From Methylococcales bacterium (lineage in GTDB: Bacteria; Pseudomonadota; Gammaproteobacteria; Methylococcales; Methylomonadaceae), in the NCBI GenBank assembly GCA_026399095.1, contig JAPLRP010000059.1, positions 10,486-74,485 of the forward strand: a DNA stretch of 64,000 nucleotides, in the 5' to 3' direction. Both the position numbers and the translations under genes were made by a program. The notes under the pieces are model-generated. The model saw only the letters and a program-made list of their open reading frames with translations, searched no databases and was not told where the DNA came from. Within the stretch, counting starts at the first letter, position 1. Each line of letters opens with the position of its first letter. This document shows positions 1 to 9,965 of this stretch, piece after piece.

Positions 1-969
1 TTCATTTTTAAATTGCCGATCAAGAATGTCTGCTGCCAGACTTGCTGATTTCATTGCAATGGTGACTCCTGATGAAAATACGGGATCAAGAAACTCGCCT
101 GCATTTCCAAGTAGTGCATAACCTTTGCCGTATAAGCTTTTTACATTGGCTGAATAGCCAACAATGTCGTTGATTGGTTCATCGAACAAGGCATTTTTTA
201 GTAAAGCATGTAGGCTGTCATCTTGACTAATGATGTCTTGCAGAGCGGTTTTATTATTCTCCCAGTTATCATAAAATGCAGTTTCTGCTACTACACCTAT
301 ACTACTACGCCCATTACTGAATGGAATTAACCACAGCCAAACATCTTTATGATCAGGATGAACAGTAATTCTAATTTTATTTCTGTCAAATTGAGAGTTA
401 TTAATACGATCTTCAATATGTCCAAACAACGCTTTTCGGACGGGAAAGCCGGAAGGCGATTCTAAGTCCAACAAGCGGGGTAATATACGGCCAAAACCAC
501 TGGCATCAAGCACAAAATCAGCTTCGATGTGCTCAATCTCACCGGATGCATTCTTGATAACAAGCTTGGGGTAGTCTGAAAAATTTACCGCGATAACTTC
601 CGTTTGCCATCGTATTTCTACGCCCATTCTTTGCGCTTCATTAGCTAGAATATGGTCAAATTTGCCACGCTGAACTTGAAAAGTAGTTCCCCTTCCTGGC
701 GTGAATTTATCTTCAAAAGAAAATTCCGCGTGCTGTTCCCGGTGCACAAATGATGCACCGTTTTTAAACTGAAATCCTGCATTAATAATAGTATCCATCA
801 TGCCCGCCTCTTCAATGAACTCCATGCATTGAGGTAGCAGGCTTTCGCCGATGCTAAAGCGTGGAAATTGCAGGCGTTCCAGAATGGTGACCTGATAGCC
901 CCGCTTATGCAATAATGACGCTGCGATAGTGCCTGAAGGTCCTGCACCTATAATGATTACTTTAGGCAT
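1..969 (-). CDS. Flavin-dependent halogenase-like FAD oxidoreductase (N-terminal 323 aa; C-terminus lies beyond the window edge)
   Basis: Reverse-strand ATG at 967-969, open to position 1, so absent from the ORF track. N-terminus reads MPKVIIIGAGPSGT (GxGxxG FAD fold). A WLWLIPF motif (WxWxIP halogenase signature) is encoded near 320-340. It is divergent from the pigment operon. Confidence 0.7.
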   Translation of the reverse strand, partial: MPKVIIIGAGPSGTIAASLLHKRGYQVTILERLQFPRFSIGESLLPQCMEFIEEAGMMDTIINAGFQFKNGASFVHREQHAEFSFEDKFTPGRGTTFQVQRGKFDHILANEAQRMGVEIRWQTEVIAVNFSDYPKLVIKNASGEIEHIEADFVLDASGFGRILPRLLDLESPSGFPVRKALFGHIEDRINNSQFDRNKIRITVHPDHKDVWLWLIPFSNGRSSIGVVAETAFYDNWENNKTALQDIISQDDSLHALLKNALFDEPINDIVGYSANVKSLYGKGYALLGNAGEFLDPVFSSGVTIAMKSASLAADILDRQFKNE

Positions 970-1171
970 TCAATCTATTCCGGTTGGAGTGGTGGATTTT
1001 TGACAGTTTGGTTCTGTAAGTGGTATCAAACTATTTTATATGAATTACACAGGTTTAAAGTTGATAAATCTAAAAAGGCAGATTTATTAGTTGTTAATTA
1101 TGGGTTCAGATGTACTCTGATAAACTGTTACTATTTTAATAGGTAATGTTTATATAAAATTTAAGGATAAC

Positions 1172-1369
1172 ATGATTAAATCAGTAATAAGTTTTTTTGC
1201 AATGATGGTTTTTTTCATTTTATTATCTGCGTGTGCAGAATTCAAAGAAGCCGGACAATCTATTGGTAATACCGCAAAAAATGTTACGACAGATATCGGT
1301 CACGGGTCACGTGATACAGTTCAAGCTATAGGTAGGGGCACAATAAAGAGTGGTGCAATCAGTTGTTGA
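1172..1369 (+). CDS. Small putative lipoprotein
   Basis: 65 aa with a hydrophobic N-terminus ending in the lipobox-like LLSAC. No recognisable family. Confidence 0.35.
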   Translation: MIKSVISFFAMMVFFILLSACAEFKEAGQSIGNTAKNVTTDIGHGSRDTVQAIGRGTIKSGAISC

Positions 1370-1432
1370 GGATCCTCCTTCCACCAGTAAATAAGCCGTT
1401 ATGTCTTTTAAAGTAGCTTACCAAATACCAGT

Positions 1433-2140
1433 ATGAAGACTTTAGATTTTATCTTGAGTAATTGGAGTGCATGGACTCCAGGTTTAGAGTCTTCGAATGA
1501 TAGCCTGATAACTGATGCGAGTATTGGAGCGCCTGAGAGTATTCCAAATAGGCTGCTACGTCGATTGACCCCGTTGGCAAAAGCTGTTTTTAATGTTGCT
1601 GATCAATGTGTTAATAAGGGGGAAGCATTACCGGTAGTATTTAGCTCTGCACATGGTGAAATATGTAAATCATTAACAATGCTAAAGGCAATTCAGTCAG
1701 AAGAAGAGCTTTCACCAACCGCATTTAGTTTGTCCGTTCACAATGCTATTGCAGGTCTGTTTTCTATCGCTTATGGCAATACGCAGGAAATAACGGTCAT
1801 TGCTTCAGGCCAAGAGGGCATTGCTCCTGCGTTTATAGATGCTTTAGGTATGTTGCATGAAGGGGCTAAGGACGTCTTGATTGTATTTTATGACGAACCT
1901 ATTGCTGATTTTTATCCGGTTGCGCCTTTCAAACTTAGTCATCCGTTTCCTTGTGTACTTGTTTTAAGAATAGCGTTAAGTGGCCACGGAATGCCTTTGC
2001 AGTTTTGCCGTTCTAATCAATCCCGCGATGATGGAGAGCATATTTTACAGCTGCTGGCTTTTATAAAATTTCTTATTACTGAGGAGCGATCACTGAGCTT
2101 AGGTAATCTTGGACATAGCTGGACATGGAACAAAAAATAA
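1433..2140 (+). CDS. Beta-ketoacyl synthase-like / chain-length-factor-like protein (ApeC-type position)
   Basis: 235 aa, first gene of the operon. Short KS-like protein as found at the start of aryl-polyene clusters. No clear active-site Cys motif recognised. Confidence 0.55.
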   Translation: MKTLDFILSNWSAWTPGLESSNDSLITDASIGAPESIPNRLLRRLTPLAKAVFNVADQCVNKGEALPVVFSSAHGEICKSLTMLKAIQSEEELSPTAFSLSVHNAIAGLFSIAYGNTQEITVIASGQEGIAPAFIDALGMLHEGAKDVLIVFYDEPIADFYPVAPFKLSHPFPCVLVLRIALSGHGMPLQFCRSNQSRDDGEHILQLLAFIKFLITEERSLSLGNLGHSWTWNKK

Positions 2141-2910
2141 TTCATAAGATAAGTTATATTTGGAGGCTTTTTGCTACGGGATTTAGTTTCTTATGTTTTG
2201 GTATCGGTGGTTTGATATTATGGTTATTGATTTTCCCTATTTTATCTATTTTATCTATTTTACCAGGTACTAGAAATCAGCGAATAAATAGGGGGCAGCG
2301 GGTTGTTCATTACAGTTTTTATGTTTTTATAGGTTTGATGCACAGACTCGGCATTATGACTTATGAAATAAAAGGGCTGGAGAAGCTTAATCGCCCTGGA
2401 CAATTAGTGATTGCGAATCATCCGACGTTGATAGACATTGTTTTTTTAATTAGCCAAATTAAACAAGCAAATTGCATTGTAAAAGGAAGTCTGTGGCGTA
2501 ATCTTTTTATGCGAGGACCTATTTTAAATGCAGGTTATATTGCTAACGGAGAGCCGGAGAAATTAATAGCCGACTGCGTGGCGTGTTTGAATTGTGGAGG
2601 GACTATGATTATTTTTCCTGAAGGAACGCGTTCAGTGCCTGGAAGGCCATACCGATTTCAGCGAGGAGCCGCTGCAATAGCATTGCAGGTTAATAAAATT
2701 ATCACACCGGTCACTATAAATTGTTATCCAAGTACCTTAACAAAAGCAGAGCCGTGGTATCAAATTCCCGAACACCGATTTCATTTAACAATGGAAGTGG
2801 GAGAAGATATTGAAACACATCAATTTACCGAAATACAACAAAAATCGATTGCCGTGCGACGATTTAATCAGTATTTAATGGATTATTTTACGAAAAAGAG
2901 AGATAGCTAG
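2125..2910 (+). CDS. Lysophospholipid (PlsC-family) acyltransferase
   Basis: HxxxxD motif (NHPTLID), FPEGTRS motif and an N-terminal TM segment. Overlaps the upstream gene by 16 nt. Confidence 0.8.
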   Translation: MEQKIIHKISYIWRLFATGFSFLCFGIGGLILWLLIFPILSILSILPGTRNQRINRGQRVVHYSFYVFIGLMHRLGIMTYEIKGLEKLNRPGQLVIANHPTLIDIVFLISQIKQANCIVKGSLWRNLFMRGPILNAGYIANGEPEKLIADCVACLNCGGTMIIFPEGTRSVPGRPYRFQRGAAAIALQVNKIITPVTINCYPSTLTKAEPWYQIPEHRFHLTMEVGEDIETHQFTEIQQKSIAVRRFNQYLMDYFTKKRDS

Positions 2911-2917
2911 AAAAATC

Positions 2918-3166
2918 ATGGAAAATGAATTAAAACAATTAATTATTGATGCGTTGGCGTTGGAAGATATCAGTATCAACGATATAGACAGTCACGCACC
3001 TTTATTTAATGAGGGTTTAGGGCTCGATTCCATTGATGCCTTGGAATTAGGATTAGCTATCCGCAAAAAATATAATGTAAAAATTGAGTCTGATAAAGAA
3101 GATGTTGTAAGGATTTTTTCTTCAGTTTCGACCTTAGCTGATTATATTCAATCAGTTCGAGGTTAA
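2918..3166 (+). CDS. Acyl carrier protein
   Basis: 82 aa with the phosphopantetheine attachment motif LGLDSIDALEL. Confidence 0.85.
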   Translation: MENELKQLIIDALALEDISINDIDSHAPLFNEGLGLDSIDALELGLAIRKKYNVKIESDKEDVVRIFSSVSTLADYIQSVRG

Positions 3167-3173
3167 AAGAAAG

Positions 3174-3425
3174 ATGAACAATCATGAAGAAATTTTAATC
3201 GCTATTAAAACCATTATGGTTGAGATGTTTGAGTTTGATGAAGAGGTTATTACGCCAGAAGCCAGACTTTATGAAGATCTTGATTTCGATAGTATTGATG
3301 CAATCGATATGATCGTCAGACTTAAAGAATTAACTGGTAAAACCGTTAAACCGGAAGATTTCAAAATGGCCCGTACGATTGGTGATGTCATTGAGGCTGT
3401 ATACAGTATGCTTAATGAAAAATGA
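3174..3425 (+). CDS. Acyl carrier protein (second copy)
   Basis: 83 aa with the DFDSIDAIDM motif, in tandem with the first ACP. Confidence 0.85.
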   Translation: MNNHEEILIAIKTIMVEMFEFDEEVITPEARLYEDLDFDSIDAIDMIVRLKELTGKTVKPEDFKMARTIGDVIEAVYSMLNEK

Positions 3426-3491
3426 TAACGTATCTTTAGTTTTACCGATATAGGCTTTGAGTATTAGGTGACTATTAAGTGAATAAGTAAT

Positions 3492-4043
3492 ATGCCTAAT
3501 TTAATTAATAGTGCCATTGGTTTTTTGACCCTATTTTATCCGTTTGCTGTTTATTTCGGTACGCAGTATTTAGAGCCTTGGAAAATAGCAAGTATGTTGT
3601 TTGTCTTATTGGGTATCCGACTTTGTTTAAGTTATAGAATAAAGCATTGGAGTAGCCCTTTATTATTAATGGCGATGATATATAGCAGTTTTGCAATATG
3701 GAGTAATGAGCTACTGACGTTAAGATTCTATCCTGCAGTAGCTAATGCAACGATGTTGCTGGTTTTTTCATGGAGTTTACGATCACCCACCAGTTTAATA
3801 GAGCGATTGGCCAGAATTCAACAGCCTGATTTACCGCCAGAAGGTATCATTTATACCCGCAGGGTCACACAGATATGGTGTGTTTTTTTTATTGTTAACG
3901 GCAGTATTGCTTTAGTCACAGCATTATGGAGTAGTTTTGAAATTTGGAGTTTATATAATGGCTTTATCGCTTATCTCTTAATGGGTATTTTATTGGTTGG
4001 TGAATATATTGTCAGGATGAGAACACAAAAACATGCCAGATGA
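3492..4043 (+). CDS. Integral membrane protein of the pigment operon (ApeG-type position)
   Basis: 183 aa with several hydrophobic helices. Position matches the membrane protein of ape-type clusters. Confidence 0.55.
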   Translation: MPNLINSAIGFLTLFYPFAVYFGTQYLEPWKIASMLFVLLGIRLCLSYRIKHWSSPLLLMAMIYSSFAIWSNELLTLRFYPAVANATMLLVFSWSLRSPTSLIERLARIQQPDLPPEGIIYTRRVTQIWCVFFIVNGSIALVTALWSSFEIWSLYNGFIAYLLMGILLVGEYIVRMRTQKHAR

Positions 4044-5748
4044 AGTTTTTGCTTTGTCCCATTGCATGCTAACAAAAAGACAAGCGACAACAAAAATTGC
4101 TTATCATGCAGGGCATTACTATGAAGCGGATCAGTTTTATTCAGCAGTCAATGGTTGGGTTAAACAGTTACAAGCTCAATCGTTTGAGCGATATGCTTTG
4201 TTTACAGAAGATGCCTATCCTTTTACGGTGCTCTTATTTGCTTTGTTTCACGCTGGAAAGCAAGTTTGGTTAGCCGGTAACAACAGACCGGGCACAGCAC
4301 AGCAACTTCAACTACATCAATGTCAATTAATCGGCGACTGGGCCTTCGATAGAGCTTTTGATTATAAGCTATCGTCAATTGAAGTCGGTCTTTTTCCATT
4401 ATCACCATTAGACATGAAAGCAACCCGAATGGTGATTTTTACTTCGGGATCTACTGGGGAGCCCAAGCCGATAGAAAAGAGTTTGCTTCAACTACAGTTA
4501 GAAATAAATAATTTGCAAGCGTTGTGGGGCGAGCAGTTAGCTCATTCAGAAGTTTTAGCAACGGTGAGTCATCAGCATATCTACGGATTATTATTTCTTG
4601 TCTTATGGCCACTATCAGTAGGTAGATGTTTTCATAGCCATACCTATATTAATCCGGAAACCTTAGTCAATAGCATTCAGAATGTTTCGGCATGTTGGAT
4701 TGCCAGTCCAGCGCATTTAAAGCGCTTGGATCAAAGCTCACCTTGGCAAAATATAGCTCAATTAACGGCCATATTTAGTTCGGGTGGCGATTTGCATGAG
4801 ACTGTCACCCAGCAGATAAAGGCTTATAGTGGTCAACAGGTAATTGAAATTTACGGAAGCTCGGAGACCGGTGGTATTGGTTGGCGCCACCATGATAAAT
4901 TATGGCAATTATTTAAAGGCTTGCAATTAAAAGCGATAGATGGCCACTATTGGTTACAATCACCTTATCTTTTAATGTCCCATGAGAGTGAAGGGTTTCA
5001 ATTGGATGATCAGATAAGCCCGCTGGATGATGGACAGTTTATTTTTCACGGGCGGACAGATCGCATTGTTAAAATAGAAGAAAAGCGTTTGTCTTTAACT
5101 GAGTTGGAGTTACGTCTGTGTGATATGTCTTGTATTATTGATGCTTACGCTATAACAATAACAAAAAATCGGGATGTGGTTGGTGTTGGTATTGCATTGA
5201 GTGAAGCGGGTTTTGAAGAATTAAAACTAAAAGGTAGGAATGTTTTTATAAAGAAAATACGTAGCCATCTAAATCAATGGTTTGAGGCAGTTGTTCTGCC
5301 AAGAAAATGGTTGTTTCTAGATAGTCTGCCACTAACCAATCAAGGTAAAATTGATCAGCATTTATTAAAAACACTACTAGAAGCGGATAATAAAAAGTTA
5401 CCATTGGTTCAAACTGTTAATGTAATTCTTGGCAGCGTTGAGTTGACGCTTAAAGTTCCCACGGAGTTGGTTTATTTTCCAGATCATTTTGCCAGTTACC
5501 CGATTTTACCGGGCGTCGTTCAAATTGCATGGGCAGAATATTTTGGTAAATTGTTTTTTGTTATAGATCAACCGTTTTCATTGATGGAAGTTATTAAATT
5601 TGTAAAAATTATTCAGCCTGGTGATGAATTGAAGCTGAGTCTTAACTGGAATGGATCAACAGGGAAGTTACATTTTAACTTTTATTCCGACCTTGGAAGT
5701 CACAGTTCTGGTCGACTGCTATACAGTAAAGAAACAATAACGCGATGA
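4033..5748 (+). CDS. AMP-dependent adenylating enzyme (aryl/acyl-ACP or CoA ligase) fused to a C-terminal FabA/FabZ-like hotdog domain
   Basis: AMP-binding motif TSGSTGEPKPI. The C-terminal ~120 aa carry FPDHFASYPILPGVVQIAWAE, resembling the FabZ FxGHFPxxPxxPGV motif. Overlaps the upstream gene by 11 nt. Confidence 0.8.
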   Translation: MPDEVFALSHCMLTKRQATTKIAYHAGHYYEADQFYSAVNGWVKQLQAQSFERYALFTEDAYPFTVLLFALFHAGKQVWLAGNNRPGTAQQLQLHQCQLIGDWAFDRAFDYKLSSIEVGLFPLSPLDMKATRMVIFTSGSTGEPKPIEKSLLQLQLEINNLQALWGEQLAHSEVLATVSHQHIYGLLFLVLWPLSVGRCFHSHTYINPETLVNSIQNVSACWIASPAHLKRLDQSSPWQNIAQLTAIFSSGGDLHETVTQQIKAYSGQQVIEIYGSSETGGIGWRHHDKLWQLFKGLQLKAIDGHYWLQSPYLLMSHESEGFQLDDQISPLDDGQFIFHGRTDRIVKIEEKRLSLTELELRLCDMSCIIDAYAITITKNRDVVGVGIALSEAGFEELKLKGRNVFIKKIRSHLNQWFEAVVLPRKWLFLDSLPLTNQGKIDQHLLKTLLEADNKKLPLVQTVNVILGSVELTLKVPTELVYFPDHFASYPILPGVVQIAWAEYFGKLFFVIDQPFSLMEVIKFVKIIQPGDELKLSLNWNGSTGKLHFNFYSDLGSHSSGRLLYSKETITR

Positions 5749-6476
5749 AACCCTGCATTATTATTCCTGTTTACAATCATGAACATGCCATTGCTGAAGT
5801 CATCGCACAATTAAAACCCTATGCCATTCCTTGTCTATTGATTAATGATGGAAGTTCTAGCACCTGTTTAAATGTGTTGGAAAGTTGCGCCAGGCAGGAA
5901 AAAGATTGGGTGACTTTGTTAAATAGAGGCGAAAATGGGGGGAAGGGCGCCGCTGTAATAGACGGTTTTAACGCCGCCAAACGTTTGGGATATTCTCATG
6001 CAATACAAATTGATGCTGATGGACAGCATAACATTGATGATATTCCCCGATTTCTTAATGTAGGTAAATTAAATCCTGAAGCGATGATTTTAGGGCAACC
6101 TCTGTTTGATGAATCCGCACCTAAAAGCCGTCTTTACGGACGTCGCTTGACTAATTTATGGATAGCAATAAATACCTTGTCATTAGCTATCGCCGATGGT
6201 ATGTGTGGTTTTCGACTTTACCCTTTAGATGCTATAGATAAGTTGATTGGTTCTACAAATATCAGTCAGGGCATGGCTTACGATATAGATATCGTTGTTC
6301 GCTTGTATTGGCAAGGTGTTAATGCCATCAACATAATCACGGCCGTTCATTATCCTATTGACGGTGTGTCGCATTTTAAATTGTGGCAAGATAATGTCAT
6401 GATTTCCAAAACGCATGCCAAATTATTTTTTGGAATGTTAATTAGAATACCCCAATTGATCTTAAGGCACGGGTAA
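5745..6476 (+). CDS. Family 2 glycosyltransferase
   Basis: N-terminal IIIPVYNHE and DADGQH (DxD-type) motifs. ATGA start/stop overlap with the upstream gene. Confidence 0.8.
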   Translation: MKPCIIIPVYNHEHAIAEVIAQLKPYAIPCLLINDGSSSTCLNVLESCARQEKDWVTLLNRGENGGKGAAVIDGFNAAKRLGYSHAIQIDADGQHNIDDIPRFLNVGKLNPEAMILGQPLFDESAPKSRLYGRRLTNLWIAINTLSLAIADGMCGFRLYPLDAIDKLIGSTNISQGMAYDIDIVVRLYWQGVNAINIITAVHYPIDGVSHFKLWQDNVMISKTHAKLFFGMLIRIPQLILRHG

Positions 6477-7414
6477 TGAAAAAGTCATTGCACTGGGCTC
6501 AACTGGAAGAATACAGTTTTATTTGGGGTATGCGCTTCTTGTTGCGTATTTATCTTTTGTTCGGGCGTAAGGTATTACAAGTCTTTTTATATCCCGTGGT
6601 TACTTATTATTGGTTGGTTAATCAGCAGGGCAGGCAAGCCAGCCAGTTTTATTTGAACAGGCTGGCAGTTTTTGCACCTAATTTAAAAATAACGGGCAGT
6701 TTGTTTTGTAGTTTTAAGCACTTTATCAGTTTTGCCAACGCTATTATTGACAAACTTGCTGCTTGGTCAGGTGCGTTGACCGTTAATGATATTGAGTATC
6801 ACGGGCGAGATGAGTTATTTTCTGATATTTCTAAAGGGCGGGGTGCAGTACTATTGGGTTCGCATCTTGGTAATTTAGAGGTCTGTCGCGTTATTGGTGA
6901 TATTGAACAAACATTACACATTAATGTATTGCTACATAGCAAACATGCCGAAAAATTTAATCACTTGCTTAATAAGTCGACAGATAACAGACGCTTAAAT
7001 CTTATTCAGGTAACAGAGATTACAGCGGCTACCTCCATGTTATTAAGCGATAAAATCGAGGCGGGTGAATTAGTTATTATTGCTGCTGACAGAACACCGG
7101 TAAGCAATCAGCAGCGTGTTACAGAAGTTTCTTTTTTAGGTGCTAATGCTTTGTTTCCGCAAGGGCCATTTATTCTTGCTGCTTTATTGAAGTGTCCGGT
7201 ATATACCGTATTTTGTTTAAAACAGAAGAACAAGCATGTCATTTATTTTGAGCATTTTAGTGACCAATTGAAGTTGTCCAGAAAAACTCGAGAGCATGCT
7301 ATACAACAAATCATTCAGCGCTATGCAGAATGCCTACAAACCTATTGTTTAAAAGAGCCCTTACAATGGTTTAATTTTTTTGATTTTTGGCAAGTGGCTC
7401 GTGATGACTCTTAA
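6476..7414 (+). CDS. LpxL/HtrB-like lipid acyltransferase
   Basis: 312 aa with an N-terminal TM segment. Size and composition resemble the lauroyl/myristoyl acyltransferase family. Its start overlaps the GT2 stop (TAATG). Confidence 0.65.
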   Translation: MKKSLHWAQLEEYSFIWGMRFLLRIYLLFGRKVLQVFLYPVVTYYWLVNQQGRQASQFYLNRLAVFAPNLKITGSLFCSFKHFISFANAIIDKLAAWSGALTVNDIEYHGRDELFSDISKGRGAVLLGSHLGNLEVCRVIGDIEQTLHINVLLHSKHAEKFNHLLNKSTDNRRLNLIQVTEITAATSMLLSDKIEAGELVIIAADRTPVSNQQRVTEVSFLGANALFPQGPFILAALLKCPVYTVFCLKQKNKHVIYFEHFSDQLKLSRKTREHAIQQIIQRYAECLQTYCLKEPLQWFNFFDFWQVARDDS

Positions 7415-8936
7415 AAATACTGTAATCTTCAATGGTCAGCCGTTAACCATTGAAGCTATTTGTCAGATAGCCAGTCAACAGGCGCAATTAAATCTCAGTA
7501 CACAAGAAGATTTTATTGAACGTATTGATAAAGGTGCCTTATTTATTGATAGCTTGTTAAAAGAACAGGGCTTCGTCTATGGCGTTACGACAGGTTTTGG
7601 TGATTCCTGTACCATTTCTGTGCCCTTGCATCTGGTAGAACAATTGCCCAGAAATTTATATACCTTTCATGGTTGTGGATTAGGGGCTTATTTTGACGAG
7701 CAACAAACCCGTGCTATTTTGGCCGTGCGTTTAACCAGTTTGGCACGAGGATTTTCAGGGGTTCGCTATCAGTTATTACATCAGCTTGCGACCTTATTAA
7801 GGTTAGATATTTTACCTTTGATTCCACAAGAGGGGTCGGTAGGTGCCAGCGGTGATTTAACACCCTTGTCTTATTTGGCAGCGGTATTGGCAGGGGAGCG
7901 TGAGGTTGTTTATCAAGGTGAAAGACAGGCCACACAAACTGTTTTTTCGGCTAATAACATTGAGCCTTTGATCCTTAAGCCTAAGGAAGGACTGGCTATC
8001 ATGAATGGTACAGCCGCTATGACAGGCATTGCTTGTCTTGCATTTCAGCGTGCCGAATATCTCTCTAAACTCAGTACACGTATCACCAGTTTGGCCTCAA
8101 TCGCCTTAAAAGGAAACGCCTATCATTTTGATGAAAAGCTGTTTTCGGTTAAACCGCATCCAGGACAAAATCGGGTTGCAGAACGTATTCGTGCAGATTT
8201 ACAGCTTATTGGCAGTGCACCGCGTAATGATACCCGTTTGCAGGATCGATATTCACTGCGTTGTGCACCGCATGTTATCGGTGTTTTGGAAGATTCTTTG
8301 CCATGGTTGCGGCAGTTTATTGAAAATGAATTAAACAGCGCAAATGATAATCCGATCATTGATGCTGAAGGCGAACATGTGTTACATGGCGGCCATTTTT
8401 ATGGTGGTCATATTGCGTTTGCAATGGATAGCCTAAAAACAGCCGTAGCCAATCTTGCTGATTTAATGGATAGGCAAATGGCGCAATTAATGGATACTAA
8501 ATTCAATCATGGTTTGCCGGCTAATTTATCAGGAGCAACTGGTGAACAAGCCATGATTCATCATGGTTTTAAAGCCCTCCAAATTGCTGTGTCTGCCTGG
8601 ACTGCCGAAGCACTTAAGCTAACTATGCCCGCCAGTGTTTTTTCGCGCTCCACTGAATGTCATAATCAAGACAAAGTCAGTATGGGTACAATTGCCGCAA
8701 GAGATTGCTTACGCATACTCGAGTTAACCGAACAAGTCGCTGCTGCCGTTTTGTTTGCAGTCGTTCAAGGCGTGGAATTACGGGGAAATATCGAGTCAAT
8801 AAGTCCGGCTTTACAGCATACCATTCGGTTGGTTCGCGAGATAAGCTCGAGTTTACTAGCCGATCGGGCCTTAGAAAATGAATTGCGAGCGTGTTTGGTA
8901 TTAATCCGTCAACAACACTGGCCTCTTTATGATTAA
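7404..8936 (+). CDS. MIO-dependent aromatic amino-acid ammonia-lyase (HAL/PAL/TAL family)
   Basis: GSVGASGDLTPLSYLA contains the Ala-Ser-Gly triad that forms the MIO cofactor. ATG at 7404 is preferred over the TTG at 7380 used by the ORF track. Confidence 0.85.
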   Translation: MTLKNTVIFNGQPLTIEAICQIASQQAQLNLSTQEDFIERIDKGALFIDSLLKEQGFVYGVTTGFGDSCTISVPLHLVEQLPRNLYTFHGCGLGAYFDEQQTRAILAVRLTSLARGFSGVRYQLLHQLATLLRLDILPLIPQEGSVGASGDLTPLSYLAAVLAGEREVVYQGERQATQTVFSANNIEPLILKPKEGLAIMNGTAAMTGIACLAFQRAEYLSKLSTRITSLASIALKGNAYHFDEKLFSVKPHPGQNRVAERIRADLQLIGSAPRNDTRLQDRYSLRCAPHVIGVLEDSLPWLRQFIENELNSANDNPIIDAEGEHVLHGGHFYGGHIAFAMDSLKTAVANLADLMDRQMAQLMDTKFNHGLPANLSGATGEQAMIHHGFKALQIAVSAWTAEALKLTMPASVFSRSTECHNQDKVSMGTIAARDCLRILELTEQVAAAVLFAVVQGVELRGNIESISPALQHTIRLVREISSSLLADRALENELRACLVLIRQQHWPLYD

Positions 8937-9345
8937 AAGCAATCATCACGCATCAGTTGATGTAGCTGTCCCTTTCCATGATGTCGATATGATGGAAGTC
9001 GTTTGGCATGGGCATTATGCAAAATACTTTGAAATTGCTCGATGTGCCTTGTTGGATAAAATTGAGTACAACTACCCGCAAATGCGTGAGTCAGGTTATT
9101 CATGGCCGGTTATTGATCTCAGTATGCGTTATGTAAAACCAGCAGTGTTCGGGCAGATTATTACAGTGCAAGCTGATATGGTAGAGTGGGAAAATCGCTT
9201 AAAAATAAACTACCTGATTATTGATAAGTTAACCGGCGCGAGATTGACCAAAGGCTCCAGTATTCAGGTTGCTGTGGATATGCAAAGCAAAGCGATGTGT
9301 TTTGAATCGCCAAAGATATTATTTGAGAAGTTGGGACTCATTTGA
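8929..9345 (+). CDS. 4HBT/YbgC-type hotdog thioesterase
   Basis: 138 aa. VPFHDVDMMEVVWHGHYAKYFE is typical of the acyl-CoA/ACP thioesterase hotdog family. Confidence 0.75.
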   Translation: MIKSNHHASVDVAVPFHDVDMMEVVWHGHYAKYFEIARCALLDKIEYNYPQMRESGYSWPVIDLSMRYVKPAVFGQIITVQADMVEWENRLKINYLIIDKLTGARLTKGSSIQVAVDMQSKAMCFESPKILFEKLGLI

Positions 9346-9965
9346 TGCTTTTGTGGAGAAATACTACCTACCAACAGTTACTTAGTTATCTAAGCATAAT
9401 ATTCTTGCTTTTAATACCGGTTACACAAAACTACGCCTCTGAGCTATTAGCGGACATTACTTCTCGATTAGTAAAAGCGCCTATAACGCAGGGTACCTTT
9501 CAACAAGAAAAACAGTTAAAGATATTAAGCAGGCCGTTGACGTCTTCAGGACTATTTACTTATGATCAAAATAAAGGTGTTATCTGGAAAACACTTGCGC
9601 CTGTCCCATCATTATTATTGGTTAATGAATCGCAACTAATATCAGGGCAGGGTGAAAAAAATGTTCCAGCGGCTTTTGGTAAGGTTTTTAAAGCCTTGCT
9701 GGGTGGTAATTTACATGAATTGACTGAGGGTTTTTTAATGACAGGTGAGAATAAAAACAACACTTGGCAATTACAACTGACCCCGACAGATGAGTTTCTA
9801 CAAAAAATAATAAGCACGATTACTCTAAGCGGAGATAGCGAGTTAAGGACCTTGGAATTACAAGAAGTCACTGGCAATTTCACACGTATTAATTTTACTC
9901 AAATTACTCATCCTAACCATTTAAGTACTGAGCAAGAAGCAGATTTTGAACGTTTATCACCCTAA
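9342..9965 (+). CDS. LolA-like outer-membrane lipoprotein-carrier family protein
   Basis: 207 aa with a signal peptide. Sits in the ApeL position directly before the MMPL exporter. ATGA overlap with the upstream gene. Confidence 0.6.
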   Translation: MMLLWRNTTYQQLLSYLSIIFLLLIPVTQNYASELLADITSRLVKAPITQGTFQQEKQLKILSRPLTSSGLFTYDQNKGVIWKTLAPVPSLLLVNESQLISGQGEKNVPAAFGKVFKALLGGNLHELTEGFLMTGENKNNTWQLQLTPTDEFLQKIISTITLSGDSELRTLELQEVTGNFTRINFTQITHPNHLSTEQEADFERLSP

